DNA of 64,000 bases from Gammaproteobacteria bacterium (GTDB taxonomy: Bacteria > Pseudomonadota > Gammaproteobacteria > SZUA-229): contig JASBSR010000006.1 in the NCBI GenBank assembly GCA_030148865.1, forward strand, positions 66,111 to 130,110. The letters run 5' to 3'. Both the position numbers and the translations under genes were made by a program. Below are positions 63,611 to 64,000 of this stretch, piece after piece. Under the pieces are notes generated by a model, which saw only the letters and a list, made by a program, of their open reading frames with translations, ran no database searches and had not been told where the DNA came from. Positions within the stretch are counted from its first letter, which is position 1. Each line of letters opens with the position of its first letter.

Positions 63611-63757
63611 TTGCCGCTATTAATTGGCAGCCGTCAGCGCAAGACACGCCGATTGCCCATTTACTGACTTCCAGCTGACGGCTGTCTGCTGCCGACTAGC
63701 TTTCTGCGGTATAATCCGCCGCTTTTAGGCAATTAAGCAACTGGCGACCGCACACCC

Positions 63758-64000
63758 ATGGAAACGACCTACAATCCGCATGCCATCGAACAACAGTGGT
63801 ATCAGCGCTGGGAAGACAATGGCTATTTCGCGCCGGCGAAAAATGGTGGCCAGCCTTACAGCATCATGATTCCGCCACCGAATATCACCGGCAGTCTGCA
63901 CATGGGCCACGGTTTCAATAACACGGTGATGGACACTCTGATTCGTTATCACCGCATGAAAGGCGATAACACCCTGTGGCAGCCGGGCACTGACCACGCC
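63758..64000 (+). CDS. valS: Valine--tRNA ligase (5' part, truncated by window edge)
   Basis: Translated by hand: [15 protein letters not shown]...[14 protein letters not shown]...WQPGTDHA. Confidence 0.96.
   Translation, partial: METTYNPHAIEQQWYQRWEDNGYFAPAKNGGQPYSIMIPPPNITGSLHMGHGFNNTVMDTLIRYHRMKGDNTLWQPGTDHA

Overview
A mostly core chromosomal region of a gammaproteobacterium. Housekeeping content: proS; the leuC-leuD-leuB-asd-fimV-truA-trpF-trpB-trpA-accD-folC-dedD-cvpA-purF-metZ cluster; prmB-aroC; psd; epmA-efp-epmB; fimW-fimX-like genes; htpX; parE-parC; an AddA/UvrD-type helicase-nuclease; xerD-dsbC; lptFG; pepA-holC-valS (valS truncated by the window edge). Accessory or unexplained material: (1) a block of about 6.5 kb between htpX and parC. 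It has a RegB/RegA-type two-component pair divergent from an operon for a Cys/Met-rich outer-membrane protein, a monohaem cytochrome c and a TlpA thioredoxin, with two 17-bp TGCGACA-N3-TGTCACA boxes in the promoter, plus a convergent, extended HemN-like radical SAM enzyme preceded by a 22-codon ORF with a strong RBS. (2) A 284-nt extensively base-paired element directly after the fimV stop codon, a candidate unannotated structured RNA. (3) Several intergenic inverted-repeat cassettes and REP-like palindromes inside conserved operons. (4) Three disrupted genes: a DUF4105 gene with an in-frame stop, a histone H1-like gene split by a +1 frameshift, and a decayed TraF-like beta-barrel. No rRNA, tRNA, CRISPR array or transposase was seen. 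All family calls come from motif recognition by eye, not from database searches.
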